This document shows positions 30,960 through 40,648 of a stretch of DNA of 64,000 nt, in pieces. Made by a program: the position numbers and the translations under genes. The DNA lies in NCBI GenBank assembly GCA_023255965.1, contig JAGDWE010000055.1:155-64154 (forward strand), read 5' to 3'. The first letter of the stretch is position 1. Each line of letters opens with the position of its first letter. Source of the DNA: Desulfurococcales archaeon (GTDB taxonomy: Archaea; Thermoproteota; Thermoprotei_A; Sulfolobales; NBVN01). The notes under the pieces were generated by a model, which saw nothing but the letters and a program-made list of their open reading frames with translations, was not told the origin of the DNA and ran no database searches.

Positions 30960-32382
30960 TACCTACACCCGAACTACTACGTAGATTCATGTACTTCTCA
31001 CGATCCTTAAGTAGAATATCCTCAACCTCACGTAAATGCTTGCTCATAACCTCAGGATTGGGCGATCCAACAACCTTCTTAAGCCTTAACGCATTCTCAA
31101 AGTCTATGACCTCATTTAGATCGCTAACATCGACACCTAACCTCCTACTTAATTCCTCACATATCTTCCTTAAATCATTACCGCCTACCTCCTTGATAAC
31201 CGATGCAACCATCCTATGCGCCTCCCTATAAGGCACTCCTAATTTAAGCGATAGGAATTCAGCTAACTCCGTAGTCGTTAAGGGGTACTTCATAATGTCA
31301 TCGCGTATTTTCTCAACATTAAATTCTACGCCATCCATGAAGTCCCTAAATACCGTAACGGCCTCTAAGGTGTTTAGTAAGAGCCTTAATAAGTGTTTAT
31401 TAATTTCCTGGAGGTCTAAGTTGTAGCCTGATGGAACGCCCTTGCTGATCGATAAGATGGCTGTCAGATGCCCTATCGCCTCCCCACCTAATGCGCGGAT
31501 GACCTCCATCGTTACTAGATTTCTCTTATGTGGCATAATACTGCTAGTCGATAGGTGTGTTGATGGTGGTATTATGTAGTCGTATTGAGGGGTGCACCAT
31601 ATTATGAAGTCCTCAGCTATCCTTGATAGAGCTACTAGCAATGAAGTTACTATTGAGGCGGTTATTGATATAAAGTCCCTAGAACTGGTCGCAAATAACG
31701 TATTAACTAATACGTCGCTGAACCCTAGTAAGCGTGCTAACTCATGTCTATCTATGGGTACGATGGTTCCCGTTGAGGCACCTGAACCAAGTGGTGATTT
31801 ATCGATGACCTCCGTGAGGATGTAGTTAAGTATGTTTGTATATACCCTTAATGATTCCTCGATATAGGTTAAATAATGTGCGACCGTTGATATCTGGGCC
31901 GGTTGTAGATGTGTGAATGTAGGGAGTGGTACGTCGACATATTTACGAGCCTTATTAATTACCGTAGAACGTAAATTAATTAACTCACCTATCAATGCTA
32001 TAATTGTCTTCTTCGTCTTAAGTCTAAGCGCTGCCGCCACGTGATCATTTCTACTTCTACCTAACGCCAGCCACCCAGCATCATCCCCCACAACATTCCT
32101 AAGATACAACTCTATGGCCTCATGAACGTCCTCAACATTCATAGTAAATAAGATACTGCTGTCTTTAAGCAACTTACTTAATTCATTTAATATCTTAACA
32201 GCGGCATCTTGAGGTATTAAACCCTTATCCCTTAAGTGGGAAGTATGAGCTATTAGGACCTCTATTACTTCCTTAACTATTAATTTATCCTCCTCAAGTG
32301 AGGAGGTGAAAGCAGTTATACGTTCATCTGATTTCCCTAGTAGTGCCTCTCTATATAGTGACATGAAGCCTTTACCTATCAT
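30949..32382 (-). CDS. argH: Argininosuccinate lyase
   Basis: Fumarase/lyase family signature SSIMPHKRN; 477 aa. Lies between argG and carA. Confidence 0.92.
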   Translation of the reverse strand: MIGKGFMSLYREALLGKSDERITAFTSSLEEDKLIVKEVIEVLIAHTSHLRDKGLIPQDAAVKILNELSKLLKDSSILFTMNVEDVHEAIELYLRNVVGDDAGWLALGRSRNDHVAAALRLKTKKTIIALIGELINLRSTVINKARKYVDVPLPTFTHLQPAQISTVAHYLTYIEESLRVYTNILNYILTEVIDKSPLGSGASTGTIVPIDRHELARLLGFSDVLVNTLFATSSRDFISITASIVTSLLVALSRIAEDFIIWCTPQYDYIIPPSTHLSTSSIMPHKRNLVTMEVIRALGGEAIGHLTAILSISKGVPSGYNLDLQEINKHLLRLLLNTLEAVTVFRDFMDGVEFNVEKIRDDIMKYPLTTTELAEFLSLKLGVPYREAHRMVASVIKEVGGNDLRKICEELSRRLGVDVSDLNEVIDFENALRLKKVVGSPNPEVMSKHLREVEDILLKDREKYMNLRSSSGVGNEL

Positions 32383-32384
32383 TA

Positions 32385-33566
32385 CTAGTTGCTTAATGCC
32401 TTCCTATATGCTACCACGCTCTGTAGCCCCCACATCTCAATAAATCCTTTAGCATGCTCCTGTGATAGGGTGGTATACGATTCATATGTAGTTAGCTTGG
32501 GGTCGTATATGGAGTTAGGTGATTCCCTGCCTACGACCACCGCGCTGCCCTTAAATAGCTTGACCTTTACAGATCCATTTACTTTCTCTTCTACGGAATT
32601 TATAAAGACGTCTAATTCCTTACGTAGGGGTTCAACCCACAGTCCACTATACACTAAATTAGTCCAAGTATTATCGACCATTTCCTTAAACATCAACTCC
32701 CACCTGGTCAGTACTAGCTTCTCTAGGTCTTTATGGGCCTTTATTAACGTTATTGCTGCCGGACATTCATATACTTCCCTGCTCTTTAACCCGATCACCC
32801 TATCCTCAATATGATCTATCCTACCAACTCCATGCCTCCCAGCAATGAAGTTTAAGGTTGTTATAAGCTTTACTGGGTTGAGCTTCTCTCCATTAATACT
32901 TACTGGTACTCCTTCACTGAACTCTATGGTTATGTACTCAGGGTTATTAGGTGCTTTTTCAGGTGATTGAGTCCACTTAAATACGTCCTCAGGAGGTTCG
33001 ACAAAAGGATTGTCCAAGACCCCTCCTTCTATGCTCCTACCCCATAGATTATCATCTATACTATAGATCTTCACCTTGAAGGTGAGCCCTTTAGACCTGG
33101 CATATTCGTATTCCCAGTCCCTATTCAAACCCCAATCCCTAACTGGGGCTATGACCTTGAGCGATGGATCTAATGCCTTTGTAGTTACGTCAAAGCGTAT
33201 CTGATCATTGCCCTTGCCGCTACATCCGTGAGCTACTGCATCAGCTCCTTCTTTTTTAGCCACTTCGACCAGCTTACTAGCGATTAGCGGCCTTGATAGT
33301 GCACTAGACAGCGGGTATTCCCCCTGGTATAGCGCATTAGCCTTTAGCGCCGGGAATACATAGTTATAGACGAATTCCTCCTTAGCATCGATAAAATAAT
33401 GTTTAACCGCACCTAACTTCTCGGCCCTCCTAGCTATCTCATCAAAGTCATCGTCTTGGCCAACATCAACAGTGACTGTTATCACTTCGGCATTCAGCTT
33501 CTCCTTAAGTAGGAGGAGTATTACTGAAGTATCTAAACCACCCGAATAAGCTAGCACAACTTTCAT
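32385..33566 (-). CDS. argG: Argininosuccinate synthase
   Basis: PP-loop AYSGGLDTS and the conserved [12 protein letters not shown] motif. Confidence 0.95.
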   Translation of the reverse strand: MKVVLAYSGGLDTSVILLLLKEKLNAEVITVTVDVGQDDDFDEIARRAEKLGAVKHYFIDAKEEFVYNYVFPALKANALYQGEYPLSSALSRPLIASKLVEVAKKEGADAVAHGCSGKGNDQIRFDVTTKALDPSLKVIAPVRDWGLNRDWEYEYARSKGLTFKVKIYSIDDNLWGRSIEGGVLDNPFVEPPEDVFKWTQSPEKAPNNPEYITIEFSEGVPVSINGEKLNPVKLITTLNFIAGRHGVGRIDHIEDRVIGLKSREVYECPAAITLIKAHKDLEKLVLTRWELMFKEMVDNTWTNLVYSGLWVEPLRKELDVFINSVEEKVNGSVKVKLFKGSAVVVGRESPNSIYDPKLTTYESYTTLSQEHAKGFIEMWGLQSVVAYRKALSN

Positions 33567-33647
33567 CTAATTAACCTCTAAACAAGGAGGTAATTCGACT
33601 CCTTATATACTTAACGTAACTTTAGTTACATCTGATACTTTAGCTTG

Positions 33648-34355
33648 TTATATATGTAACAATTGCTTATAAGACCTTGACCTAAGGATTAAATCCTCAA
33701 TAATATTATATGCTTTAAGGACGTCACGACGACTTAATATCAATATGGTGTCAACGTTACATGATATGATTTGAGTTATGTTTACACCGTTCCATGAAAG
33801 AAGTGACGTGATATATGCTATCACTCCCGGCACATTTATTATCTCCCTAGGACTTACTAATATTATCGCTGATTGATCGTCAATCGCATCCTCGATTACC
33901 TCGCGGCCAACGATGTCAATGACCTCCTTCTCGGCCTCCTTAGATATAGCCAATGTAAAGGTTCTAGTACCCTGAGTTAGTTGGAAGAACCTGGCGTGAG
34001 ATAGTTTAGCTATTAACTCACTTAACTTACTGGCTGGTATCTCCTTACGTAAGGTCAGTACCTTTAAGTCCGTTTGTAACTCTATAGTGGATCTAGCTAT
34101 GAGTTTTATCACGTGGCTCTCTAAGGTGGATTTATTACCTAACTTATCTGAAAACCTTATAAGGCCTATCTTAATGGCGTTTATGCTTACATCCTTGAAC
34201 CCACCAACCTTCACTACTTCATCGCGTATTAGCTTAGCTAATGAGCTGTAATTTATTACTCTCATTCGCATGCAGTCAAGGACTGATGGATGAGTAAGTA
34301 CGACCCTTCTAACAGCTTCGGATATGCTTAGCCTGTTCTTCAGAGTTCCCACCAA
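33648..34355 (-). CDS. Putative ACT-domain regulatory protein
   Basis: 235 aa. The C-terminal block GVIAYITSLLSWNGVNITQIISCNVDTILILSRRD resembles aspartokinase-type ACT domains. Immediately upstream of argG. Confidence 0.4.
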   Translation of the reverse strand: MVGTLKNRLSISEAVRRVVLTHPSVLDCMRMRVINYSSLAKLIRDEVVKVGGFKDVSINAIKIGLIRFSDKLGNKSTLESHVIKLIARSTIELQTDLKVLTLRKEIPASKLSELIAKLSHARFFQLTQGTRTFTLAISKEAEKEVIDIVGREVIEDAIDDQSAIILVSPREIINVPGVIAYITSLLSWNGVNITQIISCNVDTILILSRRDVLKAYNIIEDLILRSRSYKQLLHI

Positions 34356-34381
34356 ATAGCATTTAACTTTAAAATTCTGTT

Positions 34382-35131
34382 TTATATGTACTTTATTATG
34401 GAATCTATAGGGTCTATCACGCCATCTGGTAGCAAACCCTTAGCGAGCAATTCCTCTACATCATCTATGAATGGCATAACCACATAGGCTGGCCTCCGAT
34501 TAATGATGCTCGCTATTTCGTTCATATAATTACTAATTAATTCATAGTTGACTTTGATGTTTAACAGGTTATTAATGACTATAGCTGGTATTATGCACCT
34601 TAGATTATCAAGTAATTTAACGTACTTAACCAGTACGTCCATAGATGTCCTGGTAGGTATTGTTATCAAGATATGCTTCCCCTTAACATACTTAGTAAGC
34701 GTTAGTAATTCATCGCTCATTCCAGGTGGTAGGTCAATTAGTAAGTAATTAAGGTCACCCCAAATAGTTAGTGAAAGTAGGTACTTAATTACCTCGCTCT
34801 TCCTATCGCCCCTTAAGGGCGCTGGCTTATCTCCCACAAATAACCTTAATGACATCACCTTAATTCCATGTACTTCGATAGGTTTAAAACCTCCCTTAAC
34901 GACCTCCACCTTACCCTCAGACCTACCTAAAATAAAAGGTATCGAACTCCCGTGCAGATCCATATCTAGCACTCCAACATCCTTTCCCAGCTCCCGTAAC
35001 CTTAGGGCGATAATCGATGTTAATGTGCTTTTACCTACACCTCCTTTTCCTGAGCCCACTATAACGATGTTTGCGATACTTCTTAGCCTATTAATCAACA
35101 TATGTTCCTTAAAGTCGCTCATCCCTCTCAC
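34382..35131 (-). CDS. Mrp/MinD-family P-loop ATPase (possible ATPase-type HypB / Fe-S carrier)
   Basis: Deviant Walker A GSGKGGVGKST. Its start overlaps the hypA stop by 23 nt. Confidence 0.8.
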   Translation of the reverse strand: MRGMSDFKEHMLINRLRSIANIVIVGSGKGGVGKSTLTSIIALRLRELGKDVGVLDMDLHGSSIPFILGRSEGKVEVVKGGFKPIEVHGIKVMSLRLFVGDKPAPLRGDRKSEVIKYLLSLTIWGDLNYLLIDLPPGMSDELLTLTKYVKGKHILITIPTRTSMDVLVKYVKLLDNLRCIIPAIVINNLLNIKVNYELISNYMNEIASIINRRPAYVVMPFIDDVEELLAKGLLPDGVIDPIDSIIKYI

Positions 35132-35549
35132 CCTTAATACTTATCAACTTAACATCATATCCAGTAAGTATCTTAAAGTCCTGGGAACTGCATTTAGGAC
35201 ATTTAACAAATACGTTAACTAGGTCTGGGATTAGATGTATGGGATTATCGCAGTCCTCAATATCGCCGCATAATTCCTTAATGACGTTCATCCTAACCTC
35301 ACTCCACGGCCATACATATCCACAGTAATTGCATTGAAAGATGCTTTCCTCCTCCTTAATTACGTAATTAACTCCCTCTAAGCCGTATTCAGGACCCAAG
35401 ATCCTAAGCGTCTCTAGTAAGACCTCTCTATCTACTTGAGCCAAACTACCAACATATATTAATGCCTCCACTACTTTCGTTAAACCCTCTTTATCCTTTA
35501 AAGCCTTAATAGTAAGTACTAGGCCCTCAGCTATCGAATATTCATGCAT
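35109..35549 (-). CDS. hypA: Hydrogenase nickel-insertion protein HypA
   Basis: N-terminal MHEYSIA nickel-binding motif and a zinc site CNYCG...CPKCSS. Confidence 0.85.
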   Translation of the reverse strand: MHEYSIAEGLVLTIKALKDKEGLTKVVEALIYVGSLAQVDREVLLETLRILGPEYGLEGVNYVIKEEESIFQCNYCGYVWPWSEVRMNVIKELCGDIEDCDNPIHLIPDLVNVFVKCPKCSSQDFKILTGYDVKLISIKGERDERL

Positions 35550-35625
35550 AGATGCTCCCCCTACCTTACATTCATGGAATTCATCTTTATATATTTAGAT
35601 AGCCACTGATCATCACCTAATATAA

Positions 35626-36600
35626 TTATTTAGTAGGAGCATTACCTATGCTAAACATCATTTTTAGGAGATCATCAATGGATGCTCCCTCGACATTAAG
35701 CAATCTATCAATATATTGGTAAACTCCCAAGACAGCTCTATAGCTAGCGCCCTTAACTAATTTATGAACCTCCCTAAACTTAAACATATAGCTTAGCTCT
35801 TGATCCGATTGAAGTAGCTCATCGTATATGTCTCTAGGATCCTTAATTCCTTCCTTAATAAAGCTGGCTATAGCTATGGACCATGAGATTATCTTATCCT
35901 TAAATCTCTGTATAAAGATGTCACAATCGTTCTCAACATACCCGAAATGGGCAACTGAGACGTATCTGTAGCTACCTCGAGACAGCCTATTTAAGCTCCT
36001 TAAATAATCTACGAGATTAAACGGCGGTACTGTAACTGGGTAGATCCTCCTATTAAACATATTTCCCAGCGCATCACCTGCGATTAAAACGTTATCCGGC
36101 TCCACTAAGTACGCGATATGATGAGGTGCATGTCCAGGAGTGTGGATCGCTTTAATGACTGTTCCGCCTAAGTCTACGACTGAGCCGTCATCTAATCCGA
36201 TAATAATCCCTTGGTCAACGGGTTCAGGACGGCCTAAAGTTAGAGCTAAATCACCTAGAACCTCCTTAGAAGCCTCCCATAGCCGCTCTGGATTACTTAA
36301 ATGTCTAACACCCCTGGGATGCACGTACACATTAACACTACCTAGCTTCTTAATAAGTAAGCCGGTGCCTCCTCCATGATCTAAATGAATATGAGTTAAA
36401 GCAATGCCTTTAATGTCTTCTACATTAAAGTACTTAATTAAAGTGTTCACTAGACTATCTACACATAGATTAGGTCCCGGGTCAATTACCAATAAGCCGT
36501 TGCTACCAATAATAACATGAGTTGCTAACCATTCGCTCAATCCTAGAACATTGACGTTAACTATGTATACATTATCACTAATTTTAATTAGTTCGTTCAT
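35626..36600 (-). CDS. MBL-fold metallo-hydrolase
   Basis: THIHLDHGGG motif and downstream HTPGHAPHH; 324 aa. Confidence 0.75.
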   Translation of the reverse strand: MNELIKISDNVYIVNVNVLGLSEWLATHVIIGSNGLLVIDPGPNLCVDSLVNTLIKYFNVEDIKGIALTHIHLDHGGGTGLLIKKLGSVNVYVHPRGVRHLSNPERLWEASKEVLGDLALTLGRPEPVDQGIIIGLDDGSVVDLGGTVIKAIHTPGHAPHHIAYLVEPDNVLIAGDALGNMFNRRIYPVTVPPFNLVDYLRSLNRLSRGSYRYVSVAHFGYVENDCDIFIQRFKDKIISWSIAIASFIKEGIKDPRDIYDELLQSDQELSYMFKFREVHKLVKGASYRAVLGVYQYIDRLLNVEGASIDDLLKMMFSIGNAPTK

Positions 36601-36637
36601 ACAGCTATACCAAGCTAGTTAGTATAAGTGCCCGACG

Positions 36638-38059
36638 TTATAACTCTATGACCCATTTAGTGCTGTCTTTATAATCCATTAACCTAATGCCTAACCTCAT
36701 TAGCTCAGACCTAATCCAGTCTGAAGTGCTGTAGTCCTTGATATCCCTGAATCTTTGCCTTATAGTTACTATTAATTCGATCAACTTACTGATTATCTCC
36801 TCATTAATACCTCCATATAGCTGTTTATCGAGTATCCCTAGAACCTCATTGAATTCGAGCAGCATCTGATATGCCCTTAAAGCCAATACTTGATCGGGTT
36901 TGGACTCTAGATCGCGGAATACGAACCTCGTTAATTCGTAGATATAGGAAAGCGCTTTAGGAGTGTTTAAGTCGTCATCCATCGATTCGTAAAATCCTTC
37001 CCTAATGCCATTAAGTTTGGAGAGAAGCTTAACTTCATCGTCATTTAAGTAGTATGTTGGCTTAGCTTCCACTATTAATTTCTTTAAAGTACTTACGGCA
37101 TTTATTAGCCTACCGTAGAGGTTCTTTGCATTTTCCAGCCCTTCATCGCTGAACTCTAATGGAGTTCTATAATGAGCTGAGAATATCCATAGCCTTAGTA
37201 CCTCAGGTTTGACATTATTTAATATATCCTTCACGAATATCACATTACCTAGAGATTTGCTCATCTTCTCCTTCTTAATGGTTAAATACCCTACATGGAA
37301 CCAGTACCTCACCCAAGGCCTTGTAGCGAACCTGGACTCACTTTGAGCTCTTTCATTTTCATGGTGAGGGAATATAAGATCCTGACCTCCTCCATGTATA
37401 TCGAATTGCGTTCCTAAGTACTTAGAACTCATTACCGAGCACTCTATGTGCCATCCAGGCCTACCCCTACCCCAAGGGGCTTCCCAGTAAGGCTCCCCAG
37501 GCTTCGCTGCCTTCCATAGGGCGAAGTCGTAAGGTTTTTTCTTTTCAGATAAGTATTCCTCCTCCTGACGCCATTCCTCCCTATTCAATCTACCTGATAA
37601 CGCTCCATAATCTTCATATTTATCTACTTCGAAGTAAACGCTCCCAGATGGCGCTATGTACGCATACCCCCTTGAAATCAGGTCCGATATAAATTCTATT
37701 ATATCACTTATGTGGTAAGTTACCCTCGGGTGTATATGCACCTTAATATTCAGCTTATTAAGCATGTCAAAGTAGTCACTAATATATTCCTCAGTAATTG
37801 CTTCCCAGCTAATACCCAACTCATTAGCCTTCTTAATGATCTTATCATCTATATCAGTTATGTTCTGAACGTGAATTACGTCATAACCCCTAAGCCTTAG
37901 ATACCTCTTCAGGATGTCTGCACATACATAAGCCCTAGCGTGCCCTATATGCATGTAGTCATAGACCGTAGGACCACAGAAGTACATTTTAACCTGAGGA
38001 GGGTTTAATGGTTGAAACTCTTCATAGCGCTTGCTTAACGTATTATACAACCTTAACAC
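36638..38059 (-). CDS. cysS: Cysteinyl-tRNA synthetase
   Basis: Class I motifs HIGHAR and KMSKS, with conserved CysRS zinc ligands (CGPT..., HIEC). Confidence 0.95.
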   Translation of the reverse strand: MLRLYNTLSKRYEEFQPLNPPQVKMYFCGPTVYDYMHIGHARAYVCADILKRYLRLRGYDVIHVQNITDIDDKIIKKANELGISWEAITEEYISDYFDMLNKLNIKVHIHPRVTYHISDIIEFISDLISRGYAYIAPSGSVYFEVDKYEDYGALSGRLNREEWRQEEEYLSEKKKPYDFALWKAAKPGEPYWEAPWGRGRPGWHIECSVMSSKYLGTQFDIHGGGQDLIFPHHENERAQSESRFATRPWVRYWFHVGYLTIKKEKMSKSLGNVIFVKDILNNVKPEVLRLWIFSAHYRTPLEFSDEGLENAKNLYGRLINAVSTLKKLIVEAKPTYYLNDDEVKLLSKLNGIREGFYESMDDDLNTPKALSYIYELTRFVFRDLESKPDQVLALRAYQMLLEFNEVLGILDKQLYGGINEEIISKLIELIVTIRQRFRDIKDYSTSDWIRSELMRLGIRLMDYKDSTKWVIEL

Positions 38060-38104
38060 AAATGAGGACCACCTAATCAGCTTACCTAGCTAAAGATTTT
38101 AAAT

Positions 38105-38626
38105 TTAACCTCTCCCTAATTCATTACATACGCTCTCCACTAATTCATCTACGCCTGTAACATATAATATCCTAGAGGACTTCCTATCATCTATGAACGG
38201 CGCTAGAAACCTAATCCTATCTGTTGGCAATCCTGTATCACCTAATACAATAACTGGCTTCCCTTCATCATACGCGGTTACTATTTCCTGAAAAGTACCT
38301 CCAGCCCCTCCTAACGCGACTACGACATCACTGGTTCTTACAAGTATAACGCTCCTCAACCTATATGAGGTGCCACTCCTAATCACTATTGCTTTACTAG
38401 GGTATGTAATACCCTCTAACTCTATAGGAGGGATAATAACTACCTTAATACCTAGCCTTAACGCCTCATCAACTACAACCCTCATTAGGCCCCAATATCC
38501 GCCAGCAACTAATACTATGTCATTTAAATCTAAGCACTTACTCAACTTATTAATAAAGTCCTTAACGTTATTAATTAGCTTAGGAGGTGGATCACCGCTG
38601 TAAGCTGCTATGCCTATGTACTTCAT
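38105..38626 (-). CDS. LOG/TIGR00725-like Rossmann-fold nucleotide-binding protein
   Basis: 173 aa with GGYWGLM and GGAGGTFQE motifs typical of the lysine-decarboxylase-like/LOG fold. Confidence 0.6.
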   Translation of the reverse strand: MKYIGIAAYSGDPPPKLINNVKDFINKLSKCLDLNDIVLVAGGYWGLMRVVVDEALRLGIKVVIIPPIELEGITYPSKAIVIRSGTSYRLRSVILVRTSDVVVALGGAGGTFQEIVTAYDEGKPVIVLGDTGLPTDRIRFLAPFIDDRKSSRILYVTGVDELVESVCNELGRG

Positions 38627-38766
38627 ATGGTATACCTAGATAATGTATCTGTGGTGACTTAATAAATCCCTCAGCTGAGGATAACTTAATCATTGATCAT
38701 TTATCGGCCCTTCCTCATCATCTAAACCACTATACACTTATATAGTTAAAATAAATTAATTATGGA

Positions 38767-39855
38767 TTGGTGCTCAATATGGCTAACAGCGATGTAGTGG
38801 ATATGATATGTAGGAAGGCTGTTGAGGTAGTGACCGTTGATGAGTTAAGGGATAGGATTCTTCATGGCGGTAAGCTAAGAGGGTACCTAGGATTCGAGCC
38901 AAGCGGACTATTCCATATAGGTTGGTTGATATGGGCATTTAAGTATAGGGATTTGGTCAATGCTGGTATTGATATGTATTTACTTGCTGCTACCTGGCAT
39001 GCATGGATAAATGATAAACTTGGAGGTAACTTAGATCTAATTAGGGCCGCAGCCAACCACGTAGTATCTGTCCTTAAGCACGTCAATATTGACATCAGTA
39101 AAGTTAAGGTGGTTTATGCCGAGGAACTAGTTGATGATCGTGAGTATTGGGGGATACTAATTAAGGTTGCTAAGAGGGTATCTTTAGCTAGGGTTAGGAG
39201 GGCATTAACTATCATGGGAAGGAAATCTGAGGAAGCCGAAACGGACTTCTCCAAGTTAATCTATCCATTAATGCAGGTCACAGATATCTTCTACCTCGAC
39301 CTAGATGTAGCATTAGGTGGAATAGATCAAAGAAAAGCACATATGCTCGCCCGGGACGTAGCCGACAAACTAGGGTTTAAGAAGCCAATAGCTATCCACA
39401 CACCCCTACTTACCTCACTACAGGGAGTTGGTAGGATGGATATTAAGGGCGAAGTAGATGATGTACTCTCGGAGGTTAAGATGAGTAAATCAAGGCCTGA
39501 ATCAGCGATCTTCATTACAGATTCCGATGACGAAATAAGGAAGAAAATAATGAATGCTTATTGTCCCCCCAAGCAAGTCGATTTAAATCCAGTAATGGAA
39601 TTAGCGAAGTATATCATATTCTACGATGAGCCGAAGAAAGTAGTAATAGAAAGGCCTCAGAGATTTGGCGGACCCCTAGAAATATACACTTATAGAGAAT
39701 TAGAAGACCTATACATTAGCGGTAAGTTGCATCCACTTGATCTCAAGGCTACGGTGGCTGACCACATAGTAGATATCGTAAGACCTATACGTGAGGGAGT
39801 TATTAAAGAATCCGGGGAGCTGCTTGCTGGGTTAATGTCTCACGTAAGTAGGTGA
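38767..39855 (+). CDS. tyrS: Tyrosyl-tRNA synthetase (archaeal type)
   Basis: GFEPSGLFHIGW (HIGH-like), KMSKS and MQVTDIFYLDLDVALGGIDQRKAHMLARD closely track archaeal TyrRS. Confidence 0.93.
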   Translation: MVLNMANSDVVDMICRKAVEVVTVDELRDRILHGGKLRGYLGFEPSGLFHIGWLIWAFKYRDLVNAGIDMYLLAATWHAWINDKLGGNLDLIRAAANHVVSVLKHVNIDISKVKVVYAEELVDDREYWGILIKVAKRVSLARVRRALTIMGRKSEEAETDFSKLIYPLMQVTDIFYLDLDVALGGIDQRKAHMLARDVADKLGFKKPIAIHTPLLTSLQGVGRMDIKGEVDDVLSEVKMSKSRPESAIFITDSDDEIRKKIMNAYCPPKQVDLNPVMELAKYIIFYDEPKKVVIERPQRFGGPLEIYTYRELEDLYISGKLHPLDLKATVADHIVDIVRPIREGVIKESGELLAGLMSHVSR

Positions 39856-39857
39856 TG

Positions 39858-40433
39858 TTATATATTTATTTCATGTACATCCGAAATACCTTTTATGTAG
39901 AGATATAAAGTGGCATCTCTATATCCTAAGGAGACCTTAACTACATGTACTGGCCTCCATCCTGGAATTTCAAAGTCGAGTGATATTATTCTCGTCCCCA
40001 ACTTAACCTCCTTGCTTAATTTAGGCTTCAACATACGATTAACGGAAGTTAATAGATACATGTAAATTACCGAGGCGTCGCTTAAGGGTACGTTGAAGAA
40101 GTCGTCGTTAATAAACGTAATTCTATCTATGATCCCTAACTTTCTTGCCTTCTCCTCCGCCTTAGAGATTAATTCCTTATTTATCTCAACGCAAACACCT
40201 CTAGCCCCCCTTAAAACAGCCTCAATGACGACTCTACCATCACCACAACCTAAATCGTATATCACATCATTTGGCCCGATCTTAGCTAAACTCACTATAT
40301 ACGGTAGTATCTCATCCCTTGTAGGAACCCAAGGAGCGAGCACACTCCCGCCATTTAAAGTCATTATGAATAACCCCAAGGCCTCCAAGTTATCAAACTC
40401 GTCCTCAAAGACCATCTTCAGCGATCCCTCCAA
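39858..40433 (-). CDS. Class I SAM-dependent methyltransferase
   Basis: Motif I VIYDLGCGDGRVV; 191 aa. TATA-like CTTTATAAG about 25-30 nt upstream of the ATG. Confidence 0.75.
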   Translation of the reverse strand: MEGSLKMVFEDEFDNLEALGLFIMTLNGGSVLAPWVPTRDEILPYIVSLAKIGPNDVIYDLGCGDGRVVIEAVLRGARGVCVEINKELISKAEEKARKLGIIDRITFINDDFFNVPLSDASVIYMYLLTSVNRMLKPKLSKEVKLGTRIISLDFEIPGWRPVHVVKVSLGYRDATLYLYIKGISDVHEINI

Positions 40434-40600
40434 GACTACATTAGTTTTAACGTAAACTTATAAAGGTTTAAAGCTTATCCCGATGAAGAGACCTGCATTC
40501 ACGACTTAAAGCTAATACTTCATCGATGCTTATTTGTCTTAAATTCATTGATTTCGTTGACACCTAGCGTAGTTCATAATACGGGCTACATCATGCTTAC

Positions 40601-40631
40601 AACTGAAAGCCCCGCCCTTTAGGGCGGGGAG
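40601..40631 (-). repeat. GC hairpin repeat, perfect copy 1
   Basis: AACTGAAAGCCCCGCCCTTTAGGGCGGGGAG is identical to 62776-62806. Stem CCCCGCCC/GGGCGGGG with loop TTTA. Begins 18 nt after the thiI stop. Confidence 0.9.
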
Positions 40632-40648
40632 AAGATCAGCTAATTCAT

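Noticed and set aside
40601-40609. AACTGAAAG, and CTTTCAAT at 55806-55813, resemble the ...ATTGAAAG 3' end of many crenarchaeal CRISPR repeats, raising the idea of orphan CRISPR repeats.
   Set aside because: Only about 8 nt match, the upstream 15-20 nt are not conserved between copies, and there is no repeat-spacer periodicity. No cas genes were recognised in the window.
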